Made by a program: the position numbers and the translations under genes. From Actinomycetes bacterium (GTDB lineage Bacteria > Actinomycetota > Actinomycetes > S36-B12), in the NCBI GenBank assembly GCA_024641635.1, contig JAHECS010000001.1, positions 119,845-183,844 of the forward strand: a DNA stretch of 64,000 nt, read 5' to 3'. Below, piece after piece: positions 18,088 through 27,331 of the stretch (positions within the stretch are counted from its first letter, which is position 1; every line of letters begins with the position of its first letter). The notes beneath the pieces are model-generated. The model was not told where the DNA came from, ran no database searches, and was given only the letters and a program-made list of their open reading frames with translations.

Positions 18088-19464
18088 CTAGCTGGCAGCG
18101 TTCGGGCCGATGCCCTGCTTCACCAGCTCCTGGATGATCTGAGCCGACTCATCGAAGCCGATGAGCACGATCGCCTCAGGTCCAGCAGCCTTGATCTTCG
18201 CCACGTCAGCGGCGAAGTCGGTGGCCTTGGGGTCGTAGACGACGTTGGCGACAACCTCGCCACCGCCCTCGGTGACCGCCTTGGTGACGTTCTCGTTCAG
18301 ACCGTCACCGTAGGAGTCCTGCAGGGACATGATGGCGACCTTGGTGAAGCCATCCTGCAGAACCATCGAGCCGACGAAGGCGCCCTGGAGCACGTCCGAC
18401 GGAGCGTTGCGCCAGTAGAGGCCCTTGTCCGGAGCGGTGGTCAGCGCAGGCGAGGTGTTCGCCGGGCTGAACATCAGGACGCCGGCATTGGTGACCTGGT
18501 CGAGAACCGACAGGGTCGAGCCCGACGAAGCCGCACCGATGAGCACGTCGATGCCCAGCGGCAGCAGGCGCTTCACGGTCTGCTTTCCGGTCTCGGTCGA
18601 CGTGTCGCCCGAGTCGCCCTCCTCGAGAACGACCTTGTCGAAGCCGGGGATGCCACCGGCCGCCTCGATGTCCTGGATAGCGAGCTTCACGCCCGCGACC
18701 TCCGGTGGCCCGAGGAAGGCAAGGTTGCCCGTCAGCGGCAGGAAGGTTCCGACCTTGAAGACGCCGTCGCCAGCGCCCTCGCCGGGCTTCCCGTCGATCG
18801 GGTTCGCGTCACCCTCGGGGACGATCTCGCCCTCCATGTAGGTGACCTCAGAGCTCAGCGTGTTGTCCGGCCCGAAGGTGTAGACGCCGATCGAGGCGCT
18901 GGTGGGGTCACCCGCGTCCCAGAAGTTGATGGCGCCGGAACGACCGTTGTAGTCGATGTCCTTGCCCTGGGCGAGGAGCTCGATGCAGCCTGCGTAGTCA
19001 TTGCAGATCTCGGTGCCGTTCGTGATCGGAACGAGCTGCTTGGCCATGTCTGGGCCCGCATCGGACTTGGCCTTGGCCGCCGCCAGAGCGCTCAGGATGA
19101 CCGCGTCGTACGACTCCGGCGCGTAGGCGAAGTCGACAAGCTCGGGATCGACCCCAAGGAGTGCATCCTTGAAGTCCTGGGTGTTCTCGGCGCCGGGGAT
19201 GGTGCCCTTCACGCCATCGAGAGTCCCCGCAGGGAGCTTCTCGCCCAGAGCATTGCCCGTGTTTCCGTCAACCAGGTAGAGCGGAGTGCCAGACGAGGCG
19301 GGTGCCTCAGAGGCGGGAGCCTCCGACGCGGGAGCCTCGGACGCCGGCGCCTCGCTGGCGGCCGCGCTCGACTCGGATGAGCTGCTGCTTCCACCGCAAG
19401 CGGCGAGAGTCAGCGAGGCAACACCGAGCACAGCGGCCGTCTTGAAGACCGTGGTGCGCTTCAT
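18088..19464 (-). CDS. ABC transporter substrate-binding lipoprotein (LivJ/LivK-like type I PBP), apparently circularly permuted
   Basis: Lipobox LAAC23, four SEAPA repeats, then YLVDGN...YAPESYDAVIL...DIDYNGRSGAINF, with the usual N-terminal KVGTFLPLTGNLAFLG only from residue 237. Confidence 0.88.
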   Translation of the reverse strand: MKRTTVFKTAAVLGVASLTLAACGGSSSSSESSAAASEAPASEAPASEAPASEAPASSGTPLYLVDGNTGNALGEKLPAGTLDGVKGTIPGAENTQDFKDALLGVDPELVDFAYAPESYDAVILSALAAAKAKSDAGPDMAKQLVPITNGTEICNDYAGCIELLAQGKDIDYNGRSGAINFWDAGDPTSASIGVYTFGPDNTLSSEVTYMEGEIVPEGDANPIDGKPGEGAGDGVFKVGTFLPLTGNLAFLGPPEVAGVKLAIQDIEAAGGIPGFDKVVLEEGDSGDTSTETGKQTVKRLLPLGIDVLIGAASSGSTLSVLDQVTNAGVLMFSPANTSPALTTAPDKGLYWRNAPSDVLQGAFVGSMVLQDGFTKVAIMSLQDSYGDGLNENVTKAVTEGGGEVVANVVYDPKATDFAADVAKIKAAGPEAIVLIGFDESAQIIQELVKQGIGPNAAS

Positions 19465-19532
19465 GCAGTCTCCTTAGAGAATGACAAACGACGGCGGATA
19501 CCGTCGTGTTAGGGCTACCTTAGGGATCAGCG

Positions 19533-19588
19533 GTTACGTGCGGGTAACCGGGTGTTACATCGTTGGCGCTTCGTGACGCATCTGTGAC
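19533..19588. promoter_or_regulatory. Cluster of GTNAC half sites (GlnR-box-like) upstream of the binding-protein gene
   Basis: GTTAC 19533, GTAAC 19544, GTTAC 19554, GTGAC 19573, GTGAC 19584; two pairs have a 6-nt spacer. Confidence 0.5.
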
Positions 19589-19602
19589 TTTTCTGTCCCG
19601 TT

Positions 19603-20190
19603 TCAGGGTGTTTCGGACACCACGAGGGCCGCGACCTCGGCAAGCGTCACCCGACGATCCATCGCCGCCTTGCGCAGCCAGGCGAACGCCTCGGGCTCCG
19701 AGACGCCCAGTTTCAGCTCGAGAACGCGCTTGGCGCGATCGACGACGTCCCGCGCATCCTGGCGCTCGCGCAGCCCGGAGATCTGCTCCTCCAGGGCCTG
19801 CATCTGCTGCCACCGAGCGACCGCGACCTCGATGGCGGGGGTGAGGTCAGCGCGCGTGAACGGCTTCACGAGATAGCCGAGGACGCCCGCCGCCGTGGCC
19901 CGCTGAACCGTCTCGCGCTGGCTGAAGGCCGTGACCATGACGACGGGGGCGAGCCCCTCGGACACGATCTCCTCAGCAGCGGACAGCCCGTCGCGGCGCG
20001 GCATGGCCACGTCGAGGAAGACCACATCGGGCCGCAGCGCCCGAGCCTGGTCGACGGCCGCCTGACCGTCCGACACCTGTCCCACCACCCGGTAGCCGCA
20101 CTCGCCCAGCAGCTCGACGAGGTCCATCCTGATCAACGCCTCGTCCTCGGCGACGAGGACGGTGATGGGTGGCGGGTCTTGGGTGGTCAT
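19603..20190 (-). CDS. ANTAR-domain response regulator (PdtaR-like)
   Basis: Receiver domain VAEDEALIR/FLDVAMP/YLVKPF plus ANTAR VVDRAKRVL...EPEAFAWLRKAAMD; TAGGCT 6 nt before ATG. Confidence 0.93.
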   Translation of the reverse strand: MTTQDPPPITVLVAEDEALIRMDLVELLGECGYRVVGQVSDGQAAVDQARALRPDVVFLDVAMPRRDGLSAAEEIVSEGLAPVVMVTAFSQRETVQRATAAGVLGYLVKPFTRADLTPAIEVAVARWQQMQALEEQISGLRERQDARDVVDRAKRVLELKLGVSEPEAFAWLRKAAMDRRVTLAEVAALVVSETP

Positions 20191-20232
20191 GTGGCCAGCC
20201 TAGGAGTCGCCGATGGCTACCCTTGTCATCGC

Positions 20233-20306
20233 GCCCCGGTATCCCAACCGGCAGAGGAAGCGGTCTCAAACACCGTCCAGTGTGGGTTCGAATCCCACCC
20301 GGGGCA
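20233..20306 (+). tRNA. tRNA-Leu(CAA), 74 nt, short variable loop, CCA not encoded
   Basis: Acceptor GCCCCGG/CCGGGGC, anticodon arm GCGGT-CTCAAAC-ACCGT, T-arm GTGGG-TTCGAAT-CCCAC, discriminator A. Confidence 0.93.
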
Positions 20307-20441
20307 CGCTCGTGATCTCTCGATCCGGCTCGTCCATCCATGGCTGCCCCGGCGCGGACCGGCCACCCCGAGGTGCGCGTTGCGGCGTCGCGGGGATTGC
20401 CTAGAGTTTCCCTCGTACCACCGACGAGGCAGGGGCGAGGC

Positions 20442-21161
20442 GTGCGCGGAACCGTCGTGGCAGCCGTCCTTCTCGCGGTCATCGCGTCCGTGGGCGCGCC
20501 GGCCGCGCAGGCCCAGCCTGCTCCGGACGCGCCCGCCTCCGCGGGTACGGGATGGACATCCTTCTTCGCCAGCGGCCCTCTCCAGGAGAGCGGCTGGGCT
20601 GGGTGCGACGTTCCCATCGGCGTCAGCATCGACGACACCTCGAAGTTCTCGGCCACGGTGGCAGGCAAGGTCGCGCAGGCACTGACCAACGCCGTGCAGC
20701 TGTGGTCGTCCAACTCCCCCCTGACGTTCACCTTCACCGGTCTGGTCCCCATGCAGCACGACTCCCAGAGTGGGGTCACCTCGCCGGTCGACGGGGTTCA
20801 GCGGCGGCGGCATCTCTACATCGCCTTCGTCGCGGACAGCCAGTCCGAAGCACTGAACAAGGACATCGTCGGCCTGGGCCTGCCCACCAGCGTCGATGCC
20901 GCCAACAAGGCGATCCTGCTCGCCGAGGCGACCTTCGAGCGCGACTACGTGGTGAACTCGACGCTCAAACAGGTCACCGCGCTCTTCACCCACGAGATGG
21001 GCCACGCACTGGGGCTGGGGCACAGCACGGACAGGCGCGACATCATGTACCCGATCGTCCGCTCGGCGACGAAGCTCGGCCCGGGGGATGTGATCGGACT
21101 GCAATCCCTGCTGCGCCCCTGTCTCGACCCCAGCGCCTCGCGCGACTATCCGCTCCCGTAG
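20442..21161 (+). CDS. Secreted matrixin-like zinc metalloprotease (metzincin)
   Basis: Signal peptide ending AQA; HEMGHALGLGH zinc motif; Met-turn DIMYP; start set at GTG 20442. Confidence 0.88.
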   Translation: MRGTVVAAVLLAVIASVGAPAAQAQPAPDAPASAGTGWTSFFASGPLQESGWAGCDVPIGVSIDDTSKFSATVAGKVAQALTNAVQLWSSNSPLTFTFTGLVPMQHDSQSGVTSPVDGVQRRRHLYIAFVADSQSEALNKDIVGLGLPTSVDAANKAILLAEATFERDYVVNSTLKQVTALFTHEMGHALGLGHSTDRRDIMYPIVRSATKLGPGDVIGLQSLLRPCLDPSASRDYPLP

Positions 21162-21375
21162 CCGCAGCGGCCCTGACCCATCGGCTCGTGACGTGGCGGC
21201 CACGTAGGACCGCGGACGGGACGCCGGAGGACGCTGCCGACGGCTGCGCGGTTCAGGTCGCCGCGACTGCTGCGGACGGCGTGACGACGCTCGTCGTCAC
21301 GGCTTCCGCCGCCTCGCTGCAGCAGCACCGCGTCGGCCGTCGTACCCGAGCCAACCAGCGGGATACCGTGCACCC

Positions 21376-21906
21376 GTGATCCCACCGCTGCGACTGTCAC
21401 TGGCCCTGGCGGCGGCCGGGGTGTGCGCCGTGGCAGCCACGGGATGCACTCCGGCGGGCGACATCTCCGCTCAGGGGGACACGACCACCGCGGCAGCGGC
21501 TACGGAGTCGGCGCCGACGAACGAGGCGATCCCCGCGACACCATCAGCCGAGCAGGCGGAGGGCGGCGGCATCGCCCTCGGCGGAGACGAGCTCCCCCCG
21601 GGGTGGCCCGCCGACCTGCCCGCCTACACCGGAGGACGCCTCGTCAGCGCCGTGGTCACGGACGACGGACTGAACATCAACGCGGTCTGGGGAACGGCGG
21701 CCTCGCCCGAGGAGGCGTGGGCCGATATGGACGCCCGGCTCCGGGCTGCCGGCTTCCTGCCCAGCGGGGAATCCGGTGGCGAGGACATGCGCCTGGCCGA
21801 CGACTCGATGACGAGCGACGTGTACACGCGGGGCTCACTCGAGGCGAACCTCATCGTGGTCTCGGGTGACGAGACCAGCGTGCTGCTCAACGCCTCGCAG
21901 CTGTAG
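21376..21906 (+). CDS. Hypothetical lipoprotein
   Basis: Hydrophobic leader ending ATGC, Ala/Thr-rich linker, LPPGWPADLP domain. Confidence 0.7.
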   Translation: MIPPLRLSLALAAAGVCAVAATGCTPAGDISAQGDTTTAAAATESAPTNEAIPATPSAEQAEGGGIALGGDELPPGWPADLPAYTGGRLVSAVVTDDGLNINAVWGTAASPEEAWADMDARLRAAGFLPSGESGGEDMRLADDSMTSDVYTRGSLEANLIVVSGDETSVLLNASQL

Positions 21907-21921
21907 GGCGAGACGCGACGG

Positions 21922-22365
21922 TCAGGCGGTGGCCGTATCCGGCCCGACTGCCAGCCGCGGCTTGAGCTCCAGCAGGCGCCCGAGCAGCCCGTTGACGAAC
22001 GACGACGACTCGTCTGTCGACAGATCCTGGGCCAGGGCGACGGCCTCGGCGATAGCCACCGCGTCCGGCACGTCGTCGCGCCACAGCAGCTCGTACGCAC
22101 CGATCCGCAGGATGGCGCGGTCCACGGCGGGCATGCGCTCCAGCGTCCATCCCATGGAGTAGCTCGCGAGCAGCTCGTCGATGTACGCGCGATGCGCAGT
22201 TACGCCGTCGACCACCTCAGCCACGTAGGCGTTCATCGATGCCTGGCCCTCGTCGGCGCGACGCTGCTCTGTCGCCGCAAGGACGTCAGCGGCCGCCAAG
22301 CCACGGATGTCCGCCTCGTACAGGACGTCGAGCGCCCGCTTCCGCGCCTTGCTGCGGGCGGACAT
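21922..22365 (-). CDS. nusB: Transcription antitermination factor NusB
   Basis: [33 protein letters not shown]; ATG overlaps efp stop. Confidence 0.96.
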   Translation of the reverse strand: MSARSKARKRALDVLYEADIRGLAAADVLAATEQRRADEGQASMNAYVAEVVDGVTAHRAYIDELLASYSMGWTLERMPAVDRAILRIGAYELLWRDDVPDAVAIAEAVALAQDLSTDESSSFVNGLLGRLLELKPRLAVGPDTATA

Positions 22366-22928
22366 TAGTCGTTGACGCGGCCGAGGTACGACCCGTCGCG
22401 GGTGTCCACCTTGACCTTCGTGTCGGACTCGAGGAACAGCGGCACCTGGATCTCGGCCCCCGTCTCGAGGGTGGCCGGCTTCGTGCCGCCCGTGGACCGG
22501 TCGCCCTGGAGCCCTGGCTCGGTGTACGTGACCATGAGCTCGACCGACGCCGGCAACTCGATGTAGATCGGAGCGCCTTCGTGGGTGGCGACGGTGGCGT
22601 TGTTGTTCTCGAGCAGGTACTTCGACATCTCGCCGACCACCGTCGACGGGACGTGGACCTGGTCGTAGGTCTGGGTGTCCATGAAGATCCAGTCCTCGCC
22701 GTCCTTGTAGAGGTACTGCATCTCCCGCTTGTCGACCGTGGCCGTCTCGACCTTGGTGCCTGCATTGAACGTCTTGTCGACGACCTTCCCGGTCAGCACG
22801 TTCTTCAGCTTCGTCCGCACGAACGCCCCGCCCTTGCCGGGCTTGACATGCTGGAACTCGACGACGGTCCAGAGCTGGCCGTCGAGGTTGAGGACGAGTC
22901 CGTTCTTCAGGTCGTTCGTGGTGGCCAC
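22365..22928 (-). CDS. efp: Elongation factor P
   Basis: [29 protein letters not shown]. Confidence 0.98.
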   Translation of the reverse strand: MATTNDLKNGLVLNLDGQLWTVVEFQHVKPGKGGAFVRTKLKNVLTGKVVDKTFNAGTKVETATVDKREMQYLYKDGEDWIFMDTQTYDQVHVPSTVVGEMSKYLLENNNATVATHEGAPIYIELPASVELMVTYTEPGLQGDRSTGGTKPATLETGAEIQVPLFLESDTKVKVDTRDGSYLGRVND

Positions 22929-22954
22929 GTGCGGTGCTCCCAGCTGGTCGAGCG

Positions 22955-24028
22955 TCAGCCGACGACGCGCAGCCCGCGGGGAGCCTCAGTGAGGATCCGT
23001 GGACCGGCGTCGGTGACGACGAGGGTGTCTTCGATGCGAACTCCGCCTCGTCCGGGGAGGTATACCCCCGGCTCGACGGTGATCGCCATGTCGGCGTCGA
23101 TGGTACCTGTCGCCCGGGCCCCGACATTGGGCGCCTCGTGGATCTCGAGTCCCACCCCATGCCCCAGGCCGTGGGTGAACCGGTCGCCCAGACCCGCGTC
23201 CACGAGCAGGTCTCGGGCGAGGGCATCGATCCCGCGCGCGTCCGCCCCAGGCAGGTATCCCGCCGTCGCGGCCGACTGGGCGGCCAGGACCCCGGCGTGG
23301 ATCTCCGCCTGCCAGTCCTCCGGTTCCTGCCCGACCACGAAGGTTCGCGTCATGTCGGCGTGGTAGCCGTCGACCCGCGCGCCGGCGTCGACGACGACGA
23401 GATCGCCCCTCACGAGCGCGCGCTGGCCTGGCTGGTGGTGCGGGATGGCGGAGTGCGGACCCGACCCCACGATGGTGTCGAAGGCGCGGTCCTCCGCCCC
23501 GAGCTCCCCGAAGAGCTGCTCGAGTCGGCGTGCCAGCGCCAGTTCGGTGACGCCGATCCGCATCTCCCCGGCCAGCAGGTCGAGCCCCTCCACCGTGATC
23601 GCACAGGCACGGGTGAGGGCTGCTAGCTCCCCTTCGTCCTTGACGGCCCGATGGCGCTCGACGACTCCGTTCGCCACGGCCGGCAGGCCGAACGCCTGCT
23701 GGACTATGCCGGCCTGACCGACGGACATCAGGGACTCGACGGCGGGGCGCGCCGCACCCAGCGCGTCCAGGACGGCTCGGACGGTGTCACGGTCGATCAG
23801 CGTGGCCACTCCGGGCGCCTCTGCCGCCACCTGGTCGACGTACCTGCCATCCGTCCCGAGGAGGTCGTCCCCCGACTCGAGGCTCAGTGCCAGGACGGCA
23901 TTGCTGCCCGAGAAACCCGTCAGGTACCGGACATTGGGCAGGTGGGTGATGAGCAGGATCGACGCATCAAGCTCAGCCTGGGCATCTGCCCGCACCCGGT
24001 CGCGTCGGTCACGATGGAGGTCCGTCAT
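22955..24028 (-). CDS. pepQ: Xaa-Pro (M24) aminopeptidase
   Basis: [32 protein letters not shown]. Confidence 0.92.
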   Translation of the reverse strand: MTDLHRDRRDRVRADAQAELDASILLITHLPNVRYLTGFSGSNAVLALSLESGDDLLGTDGRYVDQVAAEAPGVATLIDRDTVRAVLDALGAARPAVESLMSVGQAGIVQQAFGLPAVANGVVERHRAVKDEGELAALTRACAITVEGLDLLAGEMRIGVTELALARRLEQLFGELGAEDRAFDTIVGSGPHSAIPHHQPGQRALVRGDLVVVDAGARVDGYHADMTRTFVVGQEPEDWQAEIHAGVLAAQSAATAGYLPGADARGIDALARDLLVDAGLGDRFTHGLGHGVGLEIHEAPNVGARATGTIDADMAITVEPGVYLPGRGGVRIEDTLVVTDAGPRILTEAPRGLRVVG

Positions 24029-24468
24029 TCTGCGTTCGCCAGGAGAGCGGCAACCGCCCGCAGACCCAGCCGGTAGGAGTCCACGCCGAAGCCGGCGATC
24101 GTCCCGGTCGCGACGCCGGAGACCACCGAGGTGTGCCTGAACTCCTCGCGCGCTGCCGGGTTGGACAGGTGCACCTCGACCAGCGGGGCCGACAGCATCG
24201 CGCACGCATCGCGGAGTGCGTACGAGTAGTGGGTGAACGCGGCCGGGTTGAGGACGACGGCCGCGCCGTCGTCCTGGGCCTCGTGCAGCCAGCCGATGAG
24301 CTCCGACTCGTCGTTCGTCTGCCGCACCGTCACCGTGAGCCCCAGGGCCTGGCCGGTCGCCACGCAGTCGGCGGCCAGCTCGTCGAATGTCGTGCTCCCG
24401 TAGATGTCCGGCTCGCGGGTGCCGAGGCGGTTCAGGTTCGGTCCGTTGAGGACGTAGACGTGCGGCAT
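24025..24468 (-). CDS. aroQ: Type II 3-dehydroquinate dehydratase
   Basis: NGPNLNRLGTREPDIYG, NPAAFTHYS, EVHLSN. Confidence 0.97.
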   Translation of the reverse strand: MPHVYVLNGPNLNRLGTREPDIYGSTTFDELAADCVATGQALGLTVTVRQTNDESELIGWLHEAQDDGAAVVLNPAAFTHYSYALRDACAMLSAPLVEVHLSNPAAREEFRHTSVVSGVATGTIAGFGVDSYRLGLRAVAALLANAE

Positions 24469-24487
24469 GGCGAGGACTCTACGCGGA

Positions 24488-25585
24488 TCAGTCGCTGATC
24501 GAGGCGTACGCGGCCAGCAGGAGTGCAGGGTCCGGACCCTCCCAGATCACCGGGTGCCCGATGCCGTTGAGCACGACGAAGCGGAGGAGAGACCCACGTG
24601 CCTTCTTGTCGATGGACATGGCGCCGAGCAGGTCGTCCCAGTGGCCCGGTGCGTAGGTCGTGGGCAGGCCCAGCGCCGAGAGAACCGAGCGGTGCCGGTC
24701 GACCTCGGCCTCGGACAGCCGGCCGCCCAGCGCCGCCAGCTCGGCCACGAACATCATGCCGACGGCCACGGCCGCACCGTGGCGCCAGCGGTACCGCTCA
24801 CGCCGCTCGACGGCATGCCCGAAGGTGTGGCCGTAGTTCAGGACCTCGCGCCCGATCGACCCGTCGCCGGACGTTGCCGACGTCTCGTGGAAGTCCCTGC
24901 TCACCACGTCGGCCTTGACCTGGACGGCGCGGCGAATGAGGTCGGGAAGCAGGTCACCGGACGCATCGGTCGCGGAGAACGGGTCGCGCTCGACATCGTC
25001 GAGGATGCTGACGTCGTGGACGAAGCCCACCTTGACGACCTCCGCCATCCCGGCGAGCAGGTCGTTCCGGGGCAGGGTCTCGAGGGCGTTGATGTCGCAG
25101 AGCACGCCCCCGGGGCTCCAGAACGAGCCGACGAGGTTCTTCCCTGCAGCCGTGTTGATCCCGGTCTTGCCACCGACGGCGGCGTCGACCATCCCGAGCA
25201 GCGTGGTCGGCACCTGGATGACCCGAATCCCGCGGAGCCATGTGGCTGCCACGAAACCCGCCAGGTCGGTGGTGGCGCCACCACCCAGCCCGATGACCGA
25301 GTCGCTGCGGGTGAGTCCGGCGGTGCCGAGAACGGACCAGCAGAAGGCCGCCACCTCCGCGGTCTTCGCATCCTCCGCCTCCGGCACCTCGATGAGGGTG
25401 ACGTCGAAGCCGCCCGACCCCAGGTCATCGCGGATCGCCTCGGCCGAGGCGAGGAGGGCGCCCGGATGGATGACGGCCACCCGCTGGGAGCCGACGAGCA
25501 TCGAGGGCAGGTGGTCCAGCAGCCCTCTCCCGATGACGACCTCGTACTGCCGCTCGGCGGAGACGGCGATCACGGCGTCAGCCAT
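24488..25585 (-). CDS. aroB: 3-dehydroquinate synthase
   Basis: GGGATTDLAGF, DAAVGGKTGIN, LNYGHTFGHA. Confidence 0.97.
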   Translation of the reverse strand: MADAVIAVSAERQYEVVIGRGLLDHLPSMLVGSQRVAVIHPGALLASAEAIRDDLGSGGFDVTLIEVPEAEDAKTAEVAAFCWSVLGTAGLTRSDSVIGLGGGATTDLAGFVAATWLRGIRVIQVPTTLLGMVDAAVGGKTGINTAAGKNLVGSFWSPGGVLCDINALETLPRNDLLAGMAEVVKVGFVHDVSILDDVERDPFSATDASGDLLPDLIRRAVQVKADVVSRDFHETSATSGDGSIGREVLNYGHTFGHAVERRERYRWRHGAAVAVGMMFVAELAALGGRLSEAEVDRHRSVLSALGLPTTYAPGHWDDLLGAMSIDKKARGSLLRFVVLNGIGHPVIWEGPDPALLLAAYASISD

Positions 25586-26117
25586 CGCGCACCACCCGCA
25601 GCACGTCATCCGTTACCTCGCGCAGCGACCGGCCGCTCGTGTCGACGACATCGGTGGAGACCTGCTCGTAGATCGGAGTGCGCTGCTCGAGCAGCGTCAG
25701 CAAGGTGCCCCGAACGTTCCCGAGCAGGAGCGGTCGGGACGCGTTCATCCCGACCCGTGTGGTGGCGTCCGACAGGCTGACCCGGAGCCAGACCACCCGG
25801 CGCCCGGCGAGGCGATCACGGGTGTCCGCGCTCAGCACGGCTCCCCCACCGAGCGAGAGCACGCCGTCGTGCTCCGCCAGTGCGCGCGCCACCGCCTCAC
25901 CCTCGAGCCGGCGGAACTCATCCTCGCCCAAGGTCACGAAGATGTCCGCGACGGTCATTCCGGACGCCTCCTCGACGAGCGCGTCCGTGTCGACGAAAGG
26001 CACGTGCAGCCGGGCGGCGAGACGACGGCCCACACTCGACTTCCCGGCTCCCGGGGACCCGATGAGGACCACGACCGGGCCAGATCCAGCCCGTTCCCCA
26101 GTCTCCTTCGTGGGCAT
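25578..26117 (-). CDS. aroK: Shikimate kinase
   Basis: LIGSPGAGKSSVG, GEDEFRRLE, LGGGAV; ATG overlaps aroC stop. Confidence 0.95.
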   Translation of the reverse strand: MPTKETGERAGSGPVVVLIGSPGAGKSSVGRRLAARLHVPFVDTDALVEEASGMTVADIFVTLGEDEFRRLEGEAVARALAEHDGVLSLGGGAVLSADTRDRLAGRRVVWLRVSLSDATTRVGMNASRPLLLGNVRGTLLTLLEQRTPIYEQVSTDVVDTSGRSLREVTDDVLRVVRDG

Positions 26118-27298
26118 CAGCGGACGGTGAGGTTGTCGAGGTAGCCCTGGATGTTCCGCTGGACCTCGACGACGCTGTCTCCGCCGAACTTCTCGACGAC
26201 GGCGTCGGCAAGGACGAGCAGGACCATGGCCTCGGCGACCACTCCCGCGGCCGGGACGGCGCACACGTCTGATCGCTGGTTGATGGCGGCCGCCGCCTCG
26301 CCGGTGGCGACGTCCACCGTGCGGAGGGCCTTCGGGATCGTGGAGATCGGCTTCATCGCGGCGCGCACGCGCAGGACCTCGCCGGTGGACATCCCGCCCT
26401 CCGTGCCTCCTGACCTGCCGGAGGTCCGCTCGAGCCCGGTCGCGCCCGCGACGATCTCGTCCTGGGCCTGGGATCCGCGCACGGCCGCCAGACCGAAGCC
26501 GTCCCCCACCTCGACGCCCTTGATCGCCTGGATCCCCATGAGCGCGCCCGCGAGCCTGGAGTCGAGGCGACGATCCCAGTGCACATGGCTGCCCAGGCCC
26601 GGGGGCAGGCCGTACGCCAGTACCTCGACCACGCCGCCGAGGGTGTCGCCGTCGCGATGCGCCGCCGAGATCTCCGCCTCCATCGCCTGGGCCGCGTCCG
26701 GGTCGAGGCAGCGCACCGGGTTCTCGTCGATCGACGGAAGGTCCCCGGGGAGCGGCACCCGGGCGTCGTCGGGCACGGCGGCTGCTCCGATGCGGACGAC
26801 GTGACTGAGCACCTCGACGCCGGCCACCTGGCGGAGGAAGGCGCGGGCGACGGCGGCGAGGGCCACCCGCGCCGCGGTCTCGCGGGCACTTGCCCGCTCG
26901 AGGATCGGGCGGGCGTCGGTGAACCCGTACTTCTGCATGCCGACGAGGTCGGCGTGCCCCGGACGGGGGCGGGTCAGCGGCGCGTTGCGAGCCAGTTCCG
27001 CAAGAGCGGCGTCGTCGACCGGATCGGGCGACATGACCTGCTCCCACTTCGGCCACTCCGCGTTGCCCACCTCGATGGCGACAGGACCGCCGAGCGTGCG
27101 CCCGTGCCGGACCCCGCCGAGGATCCGCACCTCGTCGCGCTCGAACTTCATCCGGGCGCCGCGCCCCGCGCCCAGCCGACGACGAGCCAGATCGTCGGAG
27201 ATGTCCGCCGAAGTGACGGCGATGCCGGCAGGCAGGCCCTCGGCGATCGTCACGAGGGCGGGGCCATGCGACTCCCCAGCAGTCAACCAGCGCACCAT
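26117..27298 (-). CDS. aroC: Chorismate synthase
   Basis: [32 protein letters not shown]. Confidence 0.97.
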   Translation of the reverse strand: MVRWLTAGESHGPALVTIAEGLPAGIAVTSADISDDLARRRLGAGRGARMKFERDEVRILGGVRHGRTLGGPVAIEVGNAEWPKWEQVMSPDPVDDAALAELARNAPLTRPRPGHADLVGMQKYGFTDARPILERASARETAARVALAAVARAFLRQVAGVEVLSHVVRIGAAAVPDDARVPLPGDLPSIDENPVRCLDPDAAQAMEAEISAAHRDGDTLGGVVEVLAYGLPPGLGSHVHWDRRLDSRLAGALMGIQAIKGVEVGDGFGLAAVRGSQAQDEIVAGATGLERTSGRSGGTEGGMSTGEVLRVRAAMKPISTIPKALRTVDVATGEAAAAINQRSDVCAVPAAGVVAEAMVLLVLADAVVEKFGGDSVVEVQRNIQGYLDNLTVR

Positions 27299-27331
27299 GC
27301 CCCGAATCCTTCCAGACGACCCGGTACGCAC

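Noticed and set aside
19297-19356. 15-bp SEAPA repeats, and similar Ala/Ser/Pro tracts in SecD and the cyclophilin
   Set aside because: Ordinary flexible tethers of surface proteins.
20233-21921. Integrated element (prophage or ICE) at tRNA-Leu or tRNA-Val
   Set aside because: No integrase gene and no duplicated tRNA 3' end seen in the window.
21922-23226. Apparent fusions or long N-terminal extensions in the ORF track (nusB 434 aa, aroK 633 aa, pdxT 379 aa, pimA 624 aa, rel 818 aa)
   Set aside because: Upstream parts overlap other real genes in a different frame; true starts coincide with stop/start overlaps or RBS sites.
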